Origin: an uncultured Coriobacteriaceae bacterium
GTDB lineage: Bacteria > Actinomycetota > Coriobacteriia > Coriobacteriales > QAMH01
DNA: 46,981 bases
Assembly (NCBI GenBank): GCA_964435565.1
Contig: CAYSZR010000007.1
Location: 1-46,981, forward strand
Direction of reading: 5' to 3'
Positions 35,923 to 46,301 of the stretch are shown in pieces (position 1 is the first letter of the stretch; each line of letters opens with the position of its first letter). The notes beneath the pieces were generated by a model. That model did not search any database. It was not told where the DNA came from and saw only the letters and a program-made list of their open reading frames with translations. The position numbers and the translations under genes were made by a program.

Positions 35923-37533
35923 CTAGCGTTTGCGATTTGGATTTCGAATGCTCTTGAGGCTGGAATAACCGCCGCTTTTCGACTCGCTGCGTCGTTCGCT
36001 CGATTTTTGACGCTGCGCGCCTGCGTTACTTTTGCCAGCGCTACGACCTGTGCTTCGAGCGTTTTCTCGTGCAGAAGATTTTCTCCCGGCAGTATTCGAA
36101 TGCCTGCTTACGGTATCGTCATTCCCCCGGCCCCGCGTGACACCCCGTTCGTTTGCGCGACGTTTCCGCCCTTGAGCTTCACGCCCCTTGTGATTTCGAA
36201 CATTGCGGTCCCGGTCCTTATGGTTTCGATCCGTGCGATCCGGCTCCTTATCATCTTTAGCAAACGAGATGACATTGCCCCACCTCGCACGCGTCGAACC
36301 CTTATCATCGCGCGCGCCTTTTTTCCCGTCCAAAACAACGAGATTATCGCGTTTCCGTTCGTACGTCATACCGACTTTCGAACGAAAGGACACAGACAGG
36401 ATGATGCCCACCATGGTCATCGTCGCGACCATAGACGATCCACCATAGCTGATAAACGGCAGTGCCTTTCCTGTAACCGGGGCGATACCAGTCACGCAAG
36501 CCATGTTCACACACGCCTGGAAAACGATCATGACGGCCATGGAACCCGAAAGCAAACACCCAAGCAGGTCTGGCGCGTTGCGGCATATTCGCATGGCAGC
36601 GAAAATGAACAAGCCAAAAAGTCCTACAACGAGAACAGTGCCCGGCAATCCAAGCTCCTCGCCCACGATGGCAAAGATAAAATCAGTATGCGCATAAGGC
36701 AGGTACAGATATTTCTGACGTGAAAGCCCCAGGCCCGTCCCAAAGATGCCGCCACTGCCAAACGCATAAAGCGACTGAATCGATTGATATCCCTTTCCCT
36801 GCGGGTCAACCCATGGATCAAGCATCGAAATGATGCGTTCAAGGTGATAGGGCTGTGTCACGCACGCGAACACGATATAGAGAACGACCAGCCCGAGAAT
36901 GATTCCAACGATTTTCCAGGGCATGCCGGCAAGCAAGATCACAGCGATGATTCCAACGGCAAGGATTATCGCCGTGCCCAAGTCGGGCTGGCGATAGATA
37001 AGGACAAGCGGAACGACCGAAGCAAAAAGAATAATCCAGATAAAGCGCACGGTATCGATTTCACCGTCAAGGCGCATCTGCACGATGGAAACGATTGCAA
37101 TGAGTACGGTGATCTTCGCGAATTCGGCTGGCTGCAATGCAAATCCCGCGATAAGTATAGAGCGCTCTGCTCCAAGTGCGGAAACACCCATGCCAAACGC
37201 TGTAAACGCGAGCAGCACGACCGTAATTATCCAAAACGTTATGAAAACCGCCGGCCTGCCCCATAACTTGTAGGGAACGCTGCTTAAAATCACGCATAAA
37301 ACGATGCCGAAGGCAAGAAAAGCGGCCTGTCGTTTGGCATAATATGCCGCATCGCCAAAATCGTTATACGCGGTGATCGATGACGCGGAATAGACCATCA
37401 CCAAGCCAAAAATGCAAAGGAAAGCGACGCTGAGGATGAGCATCAGCCGCGGACCCATAATAGCCGCGGGTTCTGAAAGAAACCGCGAGACCACGGTTTT
37501 GCGTGCACGCGGTGTCGACTGCTCGCGCGCCAT
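35923..37533 (-). CDS. ftsW: SEDS-family lipid II flippase/peptidoglycan polymerase FtsW with about 145-aa Arg/Lys-rich C-terminal tail
   Basis: The start at MAREQSTP is 1 nt after the murD stop; the upstream part of the 708-aa ORF overlaps murD and is rejected. RQPDLGTAI, FISYGGSSM and multiple TM helices. Confidence 0.9.
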   Translation of the reverse strand: MAREQSTPRARKTVVSRFLSEPAAIMGPRLMLILSVAFLCIFGLVMVYSASSITAYNDFGDAAYYAKRQAAFLAFGIVLCVILSSVPYKLWGRPAVFITFWIITVVLLAFTAFGMGVSALGAERSILIAGFALQPAEFAKITVLIAIVSIVQMRLDGEIDTVRFIWIILFASVVPLVLIYRQPDLGTAIILAVGIIAVILLAGMPWKIVGIILGLVVLYIVFACVTQPYHLERIISMLDPWVDPQGKGYQSIQSLYAFGSGGIFGTGLGLSRQKYLYLPYAHTDFIFAIVGEELGLPGTVLVVGLFGLFIFAAMRICRNAPDLLGCLLSGSMAVMIVFQACVNMACVTGIAPVTGKALPFISYGGSSMVATMTMVGIILSVSFRSKVGMTYERKRDNLVVLDGKKGARDDKGSTRARWGNVISFAKDDKEPDRTDRNHKDRDRNVRNHKGREAQGRKRRANERGVTRGRGNDDTVSRHSNTAGRKSSARENARSTGRSAGKSNAGAQRQKSSERRSESKSGGYSSLKSIRNPNRKR

Positions 37534-37534
37534 A

Positions 37535-38902
37535 TCAGCCTTGGGCTTTCGCTGCCTGCACAACGTATTCTTTGAAGACTTCGCCGCGCTGCTCGAATGA
37601 ATCAAATTCGTCAAACGACGCGCATGCTGGCGACAAAACGATCGCCTGTCCTGGTTGGGCAATCTCTCGCGCACGCTCGAACGCCTGACGCATGCCCGGT
37701 TGAAGATCATGCAAGATTCCAGAATCTGCAAACGCATCATAGAAACGCTGCCCCGCTTCGCCATAGGCAACGATCGCGGCACATACGCCCTGACATGCAG
37801 AGACGAGCTCTTCGAGTGCGGTGCCCTTATCGCGGCCACCGAGCAGCAAGACAATCCGAGTAGCAGGAAACGCTGTGAGGGCCTTGAGCGTCGCATCGAC
37901 GTTAGTAGCTTTGGAGTCGTTGAAAAATTCGATTCCAGCAACCGTCCCGCAAGGCTCGATGCGATGTTCAAGCGGCTCAAAGCTTTTGAGACCAGCACAG
38001 ACGCACTCAGGTTTGCAGCCATAGGCAAGCACGGCGGCAGCAGCGGCAAGCGAATTCTCGATATTGTGAGATCCCTTGATTTTCAGATCATGCGCGGCCA
38101 CAAGTTCGACAGGCGCCCCATCGTCACCGATATAGACAAGAACGTTATCGTCATTGACGAATGCGCACGAATGGTCAAATCTCTTGCCCACATGCACAAG
38201 CGAAACTCCCTGTGCCGTCAAACGATCGGAAAGCTCGGGATAGGCCGCGAGGACCTCATCGGTAATAACGGCGGATGTCCCTGCACCCATATTGTCGAAT
38301 ACCTTGAACTTTGCCTGCGCATATGCGTTAAATCCGCCATGCCAGGCGATATGGTCAGGAGTGATATTGAGCAAAACGCCGACGCAAGGAGCGAAACGAC
38401 ATGTCGAAGCCAACTGAAACGAGGACATCTCTGCGACGAGCGTCTCATCAGCAGAACGGGATTCAGCAGCTTCGAGGCAGGTTCTTCCTATGTTGCCACA
38501 CGATTGCGCCGCATGACCGCATGCGTTAAGCAAGTGAGCGATAAGTGATGTCGTCGTCGTTTTGCCATTGGTGCCTGTCACGGCAATCCAATTTTCGGGG
38601 GAATACCGCCACGCGTATTCTGGTTCGCTCATAAGTTCATTCGACGCCTGTAAAGCGCTTTGGTAAAACGAACCGGTCTGCGGGATACCAGGAGAAACGA
38701 TGCAGATATCAAAGCTGCCTTGCACGTCTTCGGTATCGAAGAAGACCGTAGCACCTTCTTTTTCGAACTGGGCGGCACAAGCATACGCCGCATCATTGGA
38801 TTTACCGGCGTAAATGGTCACATCGTCTTTGCGAGCAAGCGCATGACACGCTGCAGCCTTGCCGCTTTTTCCCAAGCCAAGTATCAGAACAGATTGTGTC
38901 AT
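37535..38902 (-). CDS. murD: UDP-N-acetylmuramoylalanine--D-glutamate ligase
   Basis: ILGLGKSGKAAA, GTNGKTTTTS. Confidence 0.95.
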   Translation of the reverse strand: MTQSVLILGLGKSGKAAACHALARKDDVTIYAGKSNDAAYACAAQFEKEGATVFFDTEDVQGSFDICIVSPGIPQTGSFYQSALQASNELMSEPEYAWRYSPENWIAVTGTNGKTTTTSLIAHLLNACGHAAQSCGNIGRTCLEAAESRSADETLVAEMSSFQLASTCRFAPCVGVLLNITPDHIAWHGGFNAYAQAKFKVFDNMGAGTSAVITDEVLAAYPELSDRLTAQGVSLVHVGKRFDHSCAFVNDDNVLVYIGDDGAPVELVAAHDLKIKGSHNIENSLAAAAAVLAYGCKPECVCAGLKSFEPLEHRIEPCGTVAGIEFFNDSKATNVDATLKALTAFPATRIVLLLGGRDKGTALEELVSACQGVCAAIVAYGEAGQRFYDAFADSGILHDLQPGMRQAFERAREIAQPGQAIVLSPACASFDEFDSFEQRGEVFKEYVVQAAKAQG

Positions 38903-38911
38903 TGCCTATCC

Positions 38912-39949
38912 CTACATCGAGCCGACAAAGTAGACGGCAAATCCAATACCCGCAAGGAGTCCCGTTATTATCCAGAATCGTATAGCAACCTTTGTTTCCG
39001 ACCACCCCTTCTTCTCGAAGTGATGATGCAGCGGTGCCATAAGGAGTATTCGTTTATGCGTGCGCTTGTAATACGTGACCTGAATCATGACGGAAAGCGC
39101 TTCGACCACGAACAAACCACCGATGATGACACTGAAGAGCTCGGTTTTGGTGATAACGGCGATGGCGGCAAAAGCGGTGCCTAGAGCAAGAGAACCAGTA
39201 TCACCCATGAAGATTTCGGCCGGATAGCAGTTGAACCAGAGAAACCCGACGCATGCGCCTGCCGCGGCAATCGCGAAAATCGCGACGTCGAGCTGTTCAG
39301 TACGATAGGCAATGGCCGCCATGACAAGCATGACGATCATGACGGTGCCTCCGGCCAAGCCGTCAAGCCCGTCGGTCAGATTGACCGCGTTAGCCATGCC
39401 GGCCATCAGTAGAAAGACAAAACCCACATAGAGCCAGGGAATCTGAAAGCCCGCGCCGATAGGCAGCGTGGTTGTAAGAATTCCAAGGTCAAGATCAATA
39501 GATGTAAACGGTATGGTCACATACGGTTTGATTTCAAGATAATTCACGGCAAGAAGGCAGAACACAACAGAGATAACCGTGAGTGCAATCATCTTCTGAT
39601 ATGGCAACAGGCCGAGCGAACGCTCTTTTGCCACTTTCGAGATATCATCGATAAAGCCAAGCAGGCCTGTCAGCAAAGTAGCGGCGAGAATCAAAAGAAG
39701 TTTCAGGTCGGGAACACCGACAAGGAAGACCGACGCCGTCATCATAAGCAAGATAACGATGCCCGCCATGGTAGGCGTTCCTTGCTTGACAAGGTGTCCC
39801 TGCGGGCCATCAGCACGTACCTGCTGTCCGATCTGCCTATGTTTGAGCAGCTTGATAAAGAATGGCATGACCAGCATGGTCAACGCCATCGAGATAATGA
39901 AGGCCAAAAAGACCTGATAAGTCGGATATCTGCCGAATATGCTAAACAT
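38912..39949 (-). CDS. mraY: Phospho-N-acetylmuramoyl-pentapeptide transferase
   Basis: NAVNLTDGLDGLA, a polytopic protein, PLHHHFE. Confidence 0.95.
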   Translation of the reverse strand: MFSIFGRYPTYQVFLAFIISMALTMLVMPFFIKLLKHRQIGQQVRADGPQGHLVKQGTPTMAGIVILLMMTASVFLVGVPDLKLLLILAATLLTGLLGFIDDISKVAKERSLGLLPYQKMIALTVISVVFCLLAVNYLEIKPYVTIPFTSIDLDLGILTTTLPIGAGFQIPWLYVGFVFLLMAGMANAVNLTDGLDGLAGGTVMIVMLVMAAIAYRTEQLDVAIFAIAAAGACVGFLWFNCYPAEIFMGDTGSLALGTAFAAIAVITKTELFSVIIGGLFVVEALSVMIQVTYYKRTHKRILLMAPLHHHFEKKGWSETKVAIRFWIITGLLAGIGFAVYFVGSM

Positions 39950-41368
39950 TTACTCCGCTATTCCTTTGACGATTCGTTCGAGCTCCATGAAACGCGATGC
40001 CTTGACCAAAACGACATCTCCTTCCTGCAGGTACTTCTCAAGAAACTCCTGTGTCTCTTCTATACCCGCAAAGCTCTTTATTCTTGTCGCATCCATATCT
40101 GCGGCAAGGGCGCCGGCCTTTATGCCGACGCTTAGGGTACCCACACACACAAGCATGTCAAGTCCAGCCGTTGCTGCATACGATCCAACATCGACGTGAA
40201 GTTGATATTCGTCCTCGCCCAATTCACCCATATCGCCCAGCACGGCAACCCGTCTACCCGTGCAAGCGAGGGATTCGAGCGTCTCAAGTGATGCACGCAT
40301 GGAATCCGGATTAGCATTATAAGCGTCGTTGACGACAGTTATATCGTCGTGGGCATGCAGTATTTCCATGCGCATGCCGCTACCCTGGGCCTGACCAAGG
40401 CCTTGGGCGATTTCATCGGCGGACATGGCCAGATATTGCCCAACGGTTGCAGCAGCAAGCGCATTCGAAACATTATGCCGGCCAGGCATGGCAAGTTTCA
40501 CGGATACGGGCTCGGCATCGATACCGCCAAGCTCGAAGCTCGCGCAGGCCGCCTCATCATAATCGGGCTTCGATGCGCGGATGTCCGCAGTCGGTGAAAA
40601 ACCATATGCACACATGGCAACGCCACGCTCTTCCAGCAGCCCGTATTCCTTGAGCTGATTGAAATAGTCGTCATCGGCGTTGAGCACCGCAAGCCCCGTA
40701 TCGGGCAGAGCACGCAGCAACTCTGATTTCGCACGGGCAATGTTGTCGCGTGTGCCGAGCAGTTCAAGATGACTCACGCCGATATTGGTGATAACCGCGA
40801 TGCTCGGCTTGACGAATGAGCATAGATGCTCGATCTGATGCATACCGCGCATGCCAAGCTCCACAATGAGCACTTCGGTATCTTCTTCAGCACAAAGCAC
40901 TGTAGCCGGCACGCCGATCTCGTTATTCTGGTTTCCAGCAGTTGCATGGGTCTTGAACTTGCGCGACAGCACAGCACGCAGAAAATCCTTGGTAGATGTT
41001 TTGCCCGTAGACCCCGTGACACCGATGACAATCGCATGGATACGGTCTCGCCAAAAACCCGCGAGCTTTTCAAGCGCATCCACCGCATCGTCGACGACAA
41101 TCAACGGACAGGCAAATTCCCCGGCCATCGCCAAGGTGTTCGCCGATGGCTCGCGCGTGCAAATCACAGCACCGGCACGCTTCTGGACAGCCGTCGAGAT
41201 AAAATCGTTTCCGTCAACGCGCATGCCGGGCATGGCAAGAAAGACGTTATCGGGATTAAGCGCACGTGAATCCCAGGTGATACCGGCAACTATTCGACGC
41301 AAAGCAGCATCTTCACCAATATATCTGCCGCCTGTCGCATCCACGATATCGGATACCGCGAGTTTCAT
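39950..41368 (-). CDS. murF: UDP-N-acetylmuramoyl-tripeptide--D-alanyl-D-alanine ligase
   Basis: GVTGSTGKTSTKD, with a Mur ligase middle and C-terminal layout. Confidence 0.95.
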   Translation of the reverse strand: MKLAVSDIVDATGGRYIGEDAALRRIVAGITWDSRALNPDNVFLAMPGMRVDGNDFISTAVQKRAGAVICTREPSANTLAMAGEFACPLIVVDDAVDALEKLAGFWRDRIHAIVIGVTGSTGKTSTKDFLRAVLSRKFKTHATAGNQNNEIGVPATVLCAEEDTEVLIVELGMRGMHQIEHLCSFVKPSIAVITNIGVSHLELLGTRDNIARAKSELLRALPDTGLAVLNADDDYFNQLKEYGLLEERGVAMCAYGFSPTADIRASKPDYDEAACASFELGGIDAEPVSVKLAMPGRHNVSNALAAATVGQYLAMSADEIAQGLGQAQGSGMRMEILHAHDDITVVNDAYNANPDSMRASLETLESLACTGRRVAVLGDMGELGEDEYQLHVDVGSYAATAGLDMLVCVGTLSVGIKAGALAADMDATRIKSFAGIEETQEFLEKYLQEGDVVLVKASRFMELERIVKGIAE

Positions 41369-41371
41369 AAG

Positions 41372-42859
41372 CTAAAATCCCATCTCCTTGATTGCTGCCG
41401 CTGCAACTTCACGATCGTCGAAGTGGTGTTTTACCGTTCCGATAATCTGATAGTCCTCATGTCCTTTGCCGGCCAAAAGCACGACATCGCCGGGCTCTGC
41501 CTGCCCGATAGCATATCGAATGGCCGTCGCACGATCGGGTATAACCCGATAGTCGTCTTCATGTCCCGCCATACCCGGCACGATTTGATCGATGATATCC
41601 TGCGGATCTTCCGTACGTGGGTTATCGCTTGTGACAATCGAGAGGTCGGCTGCAAGTGAAGCTGCACCCATCTTGGGGCGCTTGCTATTGTCCCGATCGC
41701 CACCACAGCCGAAAACGCAGATGACGCGACCTTTGGTAACCGCGCGCACGGCACTGATCGCCTTGGCGACGGAATCCGGGGTATGTGCATAATCAACGAG
41801 GATCCCGAAAGGCAAGAAAGAGCCATCAGACCCCACGACGCGTTCAAGGCGCCCGGGGACCTGCTGCGCTGATTCCAAAGCATGCACAATCGTCGCAATC
41901 TCAAATCCAAGGGCCATGCCGATACCAAACGCCACAAGCGCGTTTTCGACATTGAAACGTCCCACGAGCGGGAGCGTAAAGCGCAGTGCTTTACCACTGA
42001 CATCGAGTGAGACAAGCGTGGAATGCGGCGCATAGTCAGCCTGCACGAGACGGACTTCGCTACTCGCATCAGATCCCACGCGTATAAGCTTTCGGCCAGC
42101 CTGCTGACACAGCATCGCAAGTTTCTTGCCCGGCTGCGCATCCGTGCAGACAACGCATACACCTGGCTCATACTCAGTAAACAGACGCGCTTTCGCCTCG
42201 AAGTAGCCTTCCATGGTCTTGTGATAATCAAGGTGATCTTGCGTGAGGTTGGTAAACGCCGCGACGGCGAAGCGCGTGCACTTCACACGGCCCAGATCAA
42301 GCGCATGACTTGAAATCTCGCATGCGCACGCGTCTACTTTGGCATCGACCATATCAGCAAGCAATGCCTGAAAATCGCGCGACTCAGGCGTGGTGTGCAA
42401 CGATGGCCTAACCTCGTCTGCCACATGACATTTAACCGTCCCAACAAGTCCTGCCGTCTTTCCTGCGGTTTTTATCAGATGTTCGACCAAAAACGCCGTC
42501 GTCGTTTTCCCGTTTGTACCGGTAATGCCGACAACAGCGAGCTTTTCTGATGGATTGCCATAGAAATGAGCAGAGCAGATGGCAAGCGCCTCGCGCGCGT
42601 CTTCAACCAGATACTGCGCTATATCGATATCGAGCTCTCGTTGCACGACAAGGCCCACGGCGCCTCGGCCACATGCGTCGGCTGCATAGTCATGCCCGTC
42701 GGCGGTCGTCCCCGGTACGCAGAAGAACAGCGCGCCCGGCTTGACCTCTCGTGACGAAAACTCGAGGGCGTTCACTTGCATGCTGTCTGTCGCCGCACGA
42801 AGCGGTTCATAAGCTACGCCGTGGAACAATACATCTATCGTGCATGACCTCTCAGCCAT
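41372..42859 (-). CDS. murE: UDP-N-acetylmuramoyl-L-alanyl-D-glutamate--2,6-diaminopimelate ligase
   Basis: GITGTNGKTTTAF. The DNPR motif (SDNPRTEDP) suggests meso-DAP specificity. Confidence 0.9.
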   Translation of the reverse strand: MAERSCTIDVLFHGVAYEPLRAATDSMQVNALEFSSREVKPGALFFCVPGTTADGHDYAADACGRGAVGLVVQRELDIDIAQYLVEDAREALAICSAHFYGNPSEKLAVVGITGTNGKTTTAFLVEHLIKTAGKTAGLVGTVKCHVADEVRPSLHTTPESRDFQALLADMVDAKVDACACEISSHALDLGRVKCTRFAVAAFTNLTQDHLDYHKTMEGYFEAKARLFTEYEPGVCVVCTDAQPGKKLAMLCQQAGRKLIRVGSDASSEVRLVQADYAPHSTLVSLDVSGKALRFTLPLVGRFNVENALVAFGIGMALGFEIATIVHALESAQQVPGRLERVVGSDGSFLPFGILVDYAHTPDSVAKAISAVRAVTKGRVICVFGCGGDRDNSKRPKMGAASLAADLSIVTSDNPRTEDPQDIIDQIVPGMAGHEDDYRVIPDRATAIRYAIGQAEPGDVVLLAGKGHEDYQIIGTVKHHFDDREVAAAAIKEMGF

Positions 42860-42915
42860 TTACCCTCGCCCTTTCCTCGAATCGCCCGGGGCAGCCCTCT
42901 AAGCAACTCTCTACT

Positions 42916-44799
42916 TTAGTTTGCCTGTGCATCAATCTGATAGCGGTTTGCAGCAAATGACATGATATCGGCAAAAACCGGACCGCACACATCGCCACCG
43001 CCATAGTTCGAATGCGGCCGGTCCAGAGTCACCAGACAAACAAGATGACTTGAGGAGCCATAGAGCCAACCGCAAAATGACATGATGTATGAATTCGTCT
43101 CATATCCACCATAGGAGCTCGCGACTTCTGCAGTACCGGTCTTGCCCGTCACCGTAAATCCATCGACTGCAGCCGCTTCGCCCGTTCCTTCGGTAATGAC
43201 CGAGGTTAGCATGTTGGCCGTCTGCGTGCACAGGGCAGAGTCCGCGACAGTGCTGCTCTTGGTCAAATCAGCCATGAGTTCTTGAGCCTTAGCATCATCA
43301 TTGGGAACATCGGTCAAAAAGTGCGGTGTGCGTTCTATGCCGCCTTGTTCGATAGCGCCATACGCACGAATAAGCTGCAGGCCAGTCACCGTGAGACCCT
43401 GCCCAAACGTAACCGTTGCGCTCATGACACCATCCCAATCAGATGATTTTTTGAGCGAACCGGCTGTATCACCAGGATAATCGCACCCGGTCTTCGTGCC
43501 GAAGCCAAACGTTTTATAAGTGTTGTAGAGGGTCTCGGTCGACACCTCGCGCGATACGAGCGTTATGCCGACATTGGATGATTCAGCCAGAATGCGCGTA
43601 AGGCTCATATCCTCAGTGTCATGTTCATGCGAATCGCTGATCGTACTGTCATAGACGTTGAGTGAATAGGGAACGGTATACGTTGAAGCGGGCGTAATAT
43701 TCTTATTGTTGGTAAGAACCGATATGGCTGTGAACGGCTTGAATGTCGAGCCGGGCTCGTAGGCATCGGTAATAGCACCGAGCTTGCCGACCTCAAGGCC
43801 ATATTTGGCCACTTCCTCTGTTTCTGTAACCGTCTTGGTCTTAGCTTCAGTCGAGGCTTGCGAGCCTTCGGCGCCTTGCGCCCCCTCTTCGCCTGCAGCA
43901 ACGCTTGATTCACTCGTCTCAACTGGCACAGTCGTCTCAACAGATACCGTTTCCGTTCCCTGCTGCGAATACGAACAGGAAGCATATATCTCCCCTGTCG
44001 ACGCATCTAGGACCGTCACCGTGCCGCCCTTTGCCTCATATTGTTTGACCGCGGCAAGCAGGGATTCCTCGCAATGTTTTTGCAGATTGATGTCGACACT
44101 CGTGACGATATCAATTCCATCGACCGCATCGACCTTATCGACCTTGCCATTTGCTATGGGAATATCCTTCATACCCTTTTCAATGCTCATCGAACCGTCT
44201 TGACCGGCAAGAACGCTGTTATATTCCATTTCAAGGCCAGCGATACCCTTGCCGTCAGTATCGACGGCTCCAATAACCTGACTTCCAACGGTCCCATTGG
44301 GATATACGCGCTTCGTGTCCGAAAGATAATGAATACCTGCTACGTTTTCCTGTTTCAGACGTTCCTTGAGCTTAGTGGCAATTTCTACGTCAGCCTTTCT
44401 TTGAATATAGGCAAACGACAGGTTCGATTGGGCGACAATTGAATAATAATCATCATAGGACTTGCCATAGGTATCACTCAAAACCTCAGATAATATGCGG
44501 GCGAGCTTGCCTTGATCGGTAACTTCCTTGGGATTCACATAGATTGTCGTCGCATCGATATTCGAAGCGATTACCTCGCCATTGCGATCGTAGACCGTTC
44601 CTCGACGCGCGGTGAGGGTAATTTCAGACGTATGAGCCGATTCAGCCAATTCTGCATATTCGTGGCCTTTGATAACCTGCACATAGACCAGGCGGCCAAT
44701 GATGATGACAAGAAAAACCGCAAGCAGAATGAATATCAGGAAGTCGCGAGACCAGATGTCCGGAGTGGACTTCTGGCCTTTATTGCCGTAGCGCGCCAT
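42916..44799 (-). CDS. ftsI: Class B penicillin-binding protein (FtsI-type septal transpeptidase)
   Basis: N-terminal TM anchor. STFK, SSN (AESSNVG) and KTG (TGKTGTA). Confidence 0.9.
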   Translation of the reverse strand: MARYGNKGQKSTPDIWSRDFLIFILLAVFLVIIIGRLVYVQVIKGHEYAELAESAHTSEITLTARRGTVYDRNGEVIASNIDATTIYVNPKEVTDQGKLARILSEVLSDTYGKSYDDYYSIVAQSNLSFAYIQRKADVEIATKLKERLKQENVAGIHYLSDTKRVYPNGTVGSQVIGAVDTDGKGIAGLEMEYNSVLAGQDGSMSIEKGMKDIPIANGKVDKVDAVDGIDIVTSVDINLQKHCEESLLAAVKQYEAKGGTVTVLDASTGEIYASCSYSQQGTETVSVETTVPVETSESSVAAGEEGAQGAEGSQASTEAKTKTVTETEEVAKYGLEVGKLGAITDAYEPGSTFKPFTAISVLTNNKNITPASTYTVPYSLNVYDSTISDSHEHDTEDMSLTRILAESSNVGITLVSREVSTETLYNTYKTFGFGTKTGCDYPGDTAGSLKKSSDWDGVMSATVTFGQGLTVTGLQLIRAYGAIEQGGIERTPHFLTDVPNDDAKAQELMADLTKSSTVADSALCTQTANMLTSVITEGTGEAAAVDGFTVTGKTGTAEVASSYGGYETNSYIMSFCGWLYGSSSHLVCLVTLDRPHSNYGGGDVCGPVFADIMSFAANRYQIDAQAN

Positions 44800-44807
44800 C
44801 TGCGCGC

Positions 44808-45317
44808 CTATCGCGCCACAAGGGCGGTGTATGCCTGTATGTTCTGGAGCGTTCCAGAAAGCGAGATTGAACCGTCTTGATTCGTTATAATCTTATTTGG
44901 AAGAATGACCTTGAGATAGGTAACCCCGCTCGGGGCGACCATGCCAAGGTTTGTCGCTTCGCTTTCAATGCGCGAGGAGCTCGCAAGGATCGAATGCTTG
45001 ATCTCGAGTTCATTTGTCGATGCTTGGGCAGTAGTGAGTTCGCTTTGAAGCGAATTGACGTTCTCGAGAGCTGCAACCGTCGTGACCGAAAGCCAGATGC
45101 GGACGGAGCAGATGACAGCGATGATGGCAATGGCGACTATCGCGTATTTAAATAGAAGCGCCATCTTAGGTGAGATAGGCTGAAGGGCAGGATTCTCACT
45201 ACGACGACCAGGTATGACGCGTACGTCTGGCTTTGGCTGGCGCACCGGGCGTGCCACGCGCGCTGCCGATCCATCGTAGCCATACCGGTTATACTGCTGG
45301 CGTGCCACCTGAGCCAT
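44808..45317 (-). CDS. ftsL: FtsL-like bitopic cell division protein
   Basis: Position between rsmH and ftsI. Single TM helix ALLFKYAIVAIAIIAVICSV followed by a short coiled-coil segment. Confidence 0.65.
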   Translation of the reverse strand: MAQVARQQYNRYGYDGSAARVARPVRQPKPDVRVIPGRRSENPALQPISPKMALLFKYAIVAIAIIAVICSVRIWLSVTTVAALENVNSLQSELTTAQASTNELEIKHSILASSSRIESEATNLGMVAPSGVTYLKVILPNKIITNQDGSISLSGTLQNIQAYTALVAR

Positions 45318-45334
45318 GAGTACGGGTCTCCTTT

Positions 45335-46291
45335 CTACAGTTCGAGCTTCGTTGCAACCCGCAAACGAGCACTGTGCGCTCGCTGATTCTCTTCAATTTC
45401 CATCGCATCCGGAACAACCGGCTTGCGTGTTTCTATCTTTACTACCGGCTTCTTACCGCATACGCACACCGGAAAATCCGGCGGGCAGGTGCAGGGGTTC
45501 TCCAAAGTGCGAAACGTCTCTTTTACTATGCGGTCTTCGAGCGATTGGTACGAGATGACCGCGATTCTTCCTCCTGGGGTTAGCCAACGTATAGCTGCGT
45601 CCAGACCGCTCTTCAAAACGTCAAGCTCATGATTGACTTCGATGCGCAGCGCTTGAAAGGTTCGCTTGGCGGGATGACCGCCTTCCCTTCGAGCACCAGC
45701 GGGAATCGCCCGTTTAATGATGTCAACCAGCTGGAAGGTGGTTTGGACGGGCTGCTCACAACGCGTGTCGATAACGAAGCGCGCGATGCGAGCCGCCCAC
45801 TTTTCCTCGCCATATGCACGAAGGACCCGAGTGAGATCTTGTTCGGTATAGGTGTTCAGGATCTCTGCTGCAGTTAAGGTATGTTTACCCGGGTCCATGC
45901 GCATGTCCAACGGAGCGTCTTCTCGATACGAGAATCCGCGTTCGGGAAAATCAAGCTGCGGAGAACTCACCCCGAGGTCAAAAAGCACTGCGTCGATACC
46001 GGGAATGCGAGCCTGGACAAGCAATTCGTCAAGATCGCCGAAATTCCCCTTGAGAAGTATGGGTGCCGAGTCAAGCCCCACACCTTCAAGACGCTTCGCA
46101 GCAGCTTCGAGAGCCATGTCATCTTGATCGATGCCGATCAAGGTGCCATGTGGTGCAATTTCGTGCGCCATCGCCTCTGAGTGTCCCGCGCCACCAAGCG
46201 TGCAATCAAGAAAAACCATGCCATCGTGTAGCCTGAGTGCTTCTTTGCACTTTTGTAGCAAAACGGGAATGTGCCGGTATTCAGATGTCAA
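45335..46291 (-). CDS. rsmH: 16S rRNA (cytosine1402-N4)-methyltransferase
   Basis: HIPVLL, DCTLGGAGHS, DLGVSSPQLD. Confidence 0.95.
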   Translation of the reverse strand: MTSEYRHIPVLLQKCKEALRLHDGMVFLDCTLGGAGHSEAMAHEIAPHGTLIGIDQDDMALEAAAKRLEGVGLDSAPILLKGNFGDLDELLVQARIPGIDAVLFDLGVSSPQLDFPERGFSYREDAPLDMRMDPGKHTLTAAEILNTYTEQDLTRVLRAYGEEKWAARIARFVIDTRCEQPVQTTFQLVDIIKRAIPAGARREGGHPAKRTFQALRIEVNHELDVLKSGLDAAIRWLTPGGRIAVISYQSLEDRIVKETFRTLENPCTCPPDFPVCVCGKKPVVKIETRKPVVPDAMEIEENQRAHSARLRVATKLEL

Positions 46292-46301
46292 CGTGCTGTC
46301 C

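Noticed and set aside
35740-36723. 327-aa plus-strand ORF spanning the murG start and the ftsW tail.
   Set aside because: It is generated by the compositional bias of the Arg-rich ftsW tail on the other strand. It crosses an intergenic gap and two real genes.
37534-38049. N-terminal 172 residues of the 708-aa ftsW ORF.
   Set aside because: This part overlaps the 3' end of murD in another frame and has shadow-frame composition. The Met at 37533 sits 1 nt after the murD stop and gives a normal FtsW N-terminus.
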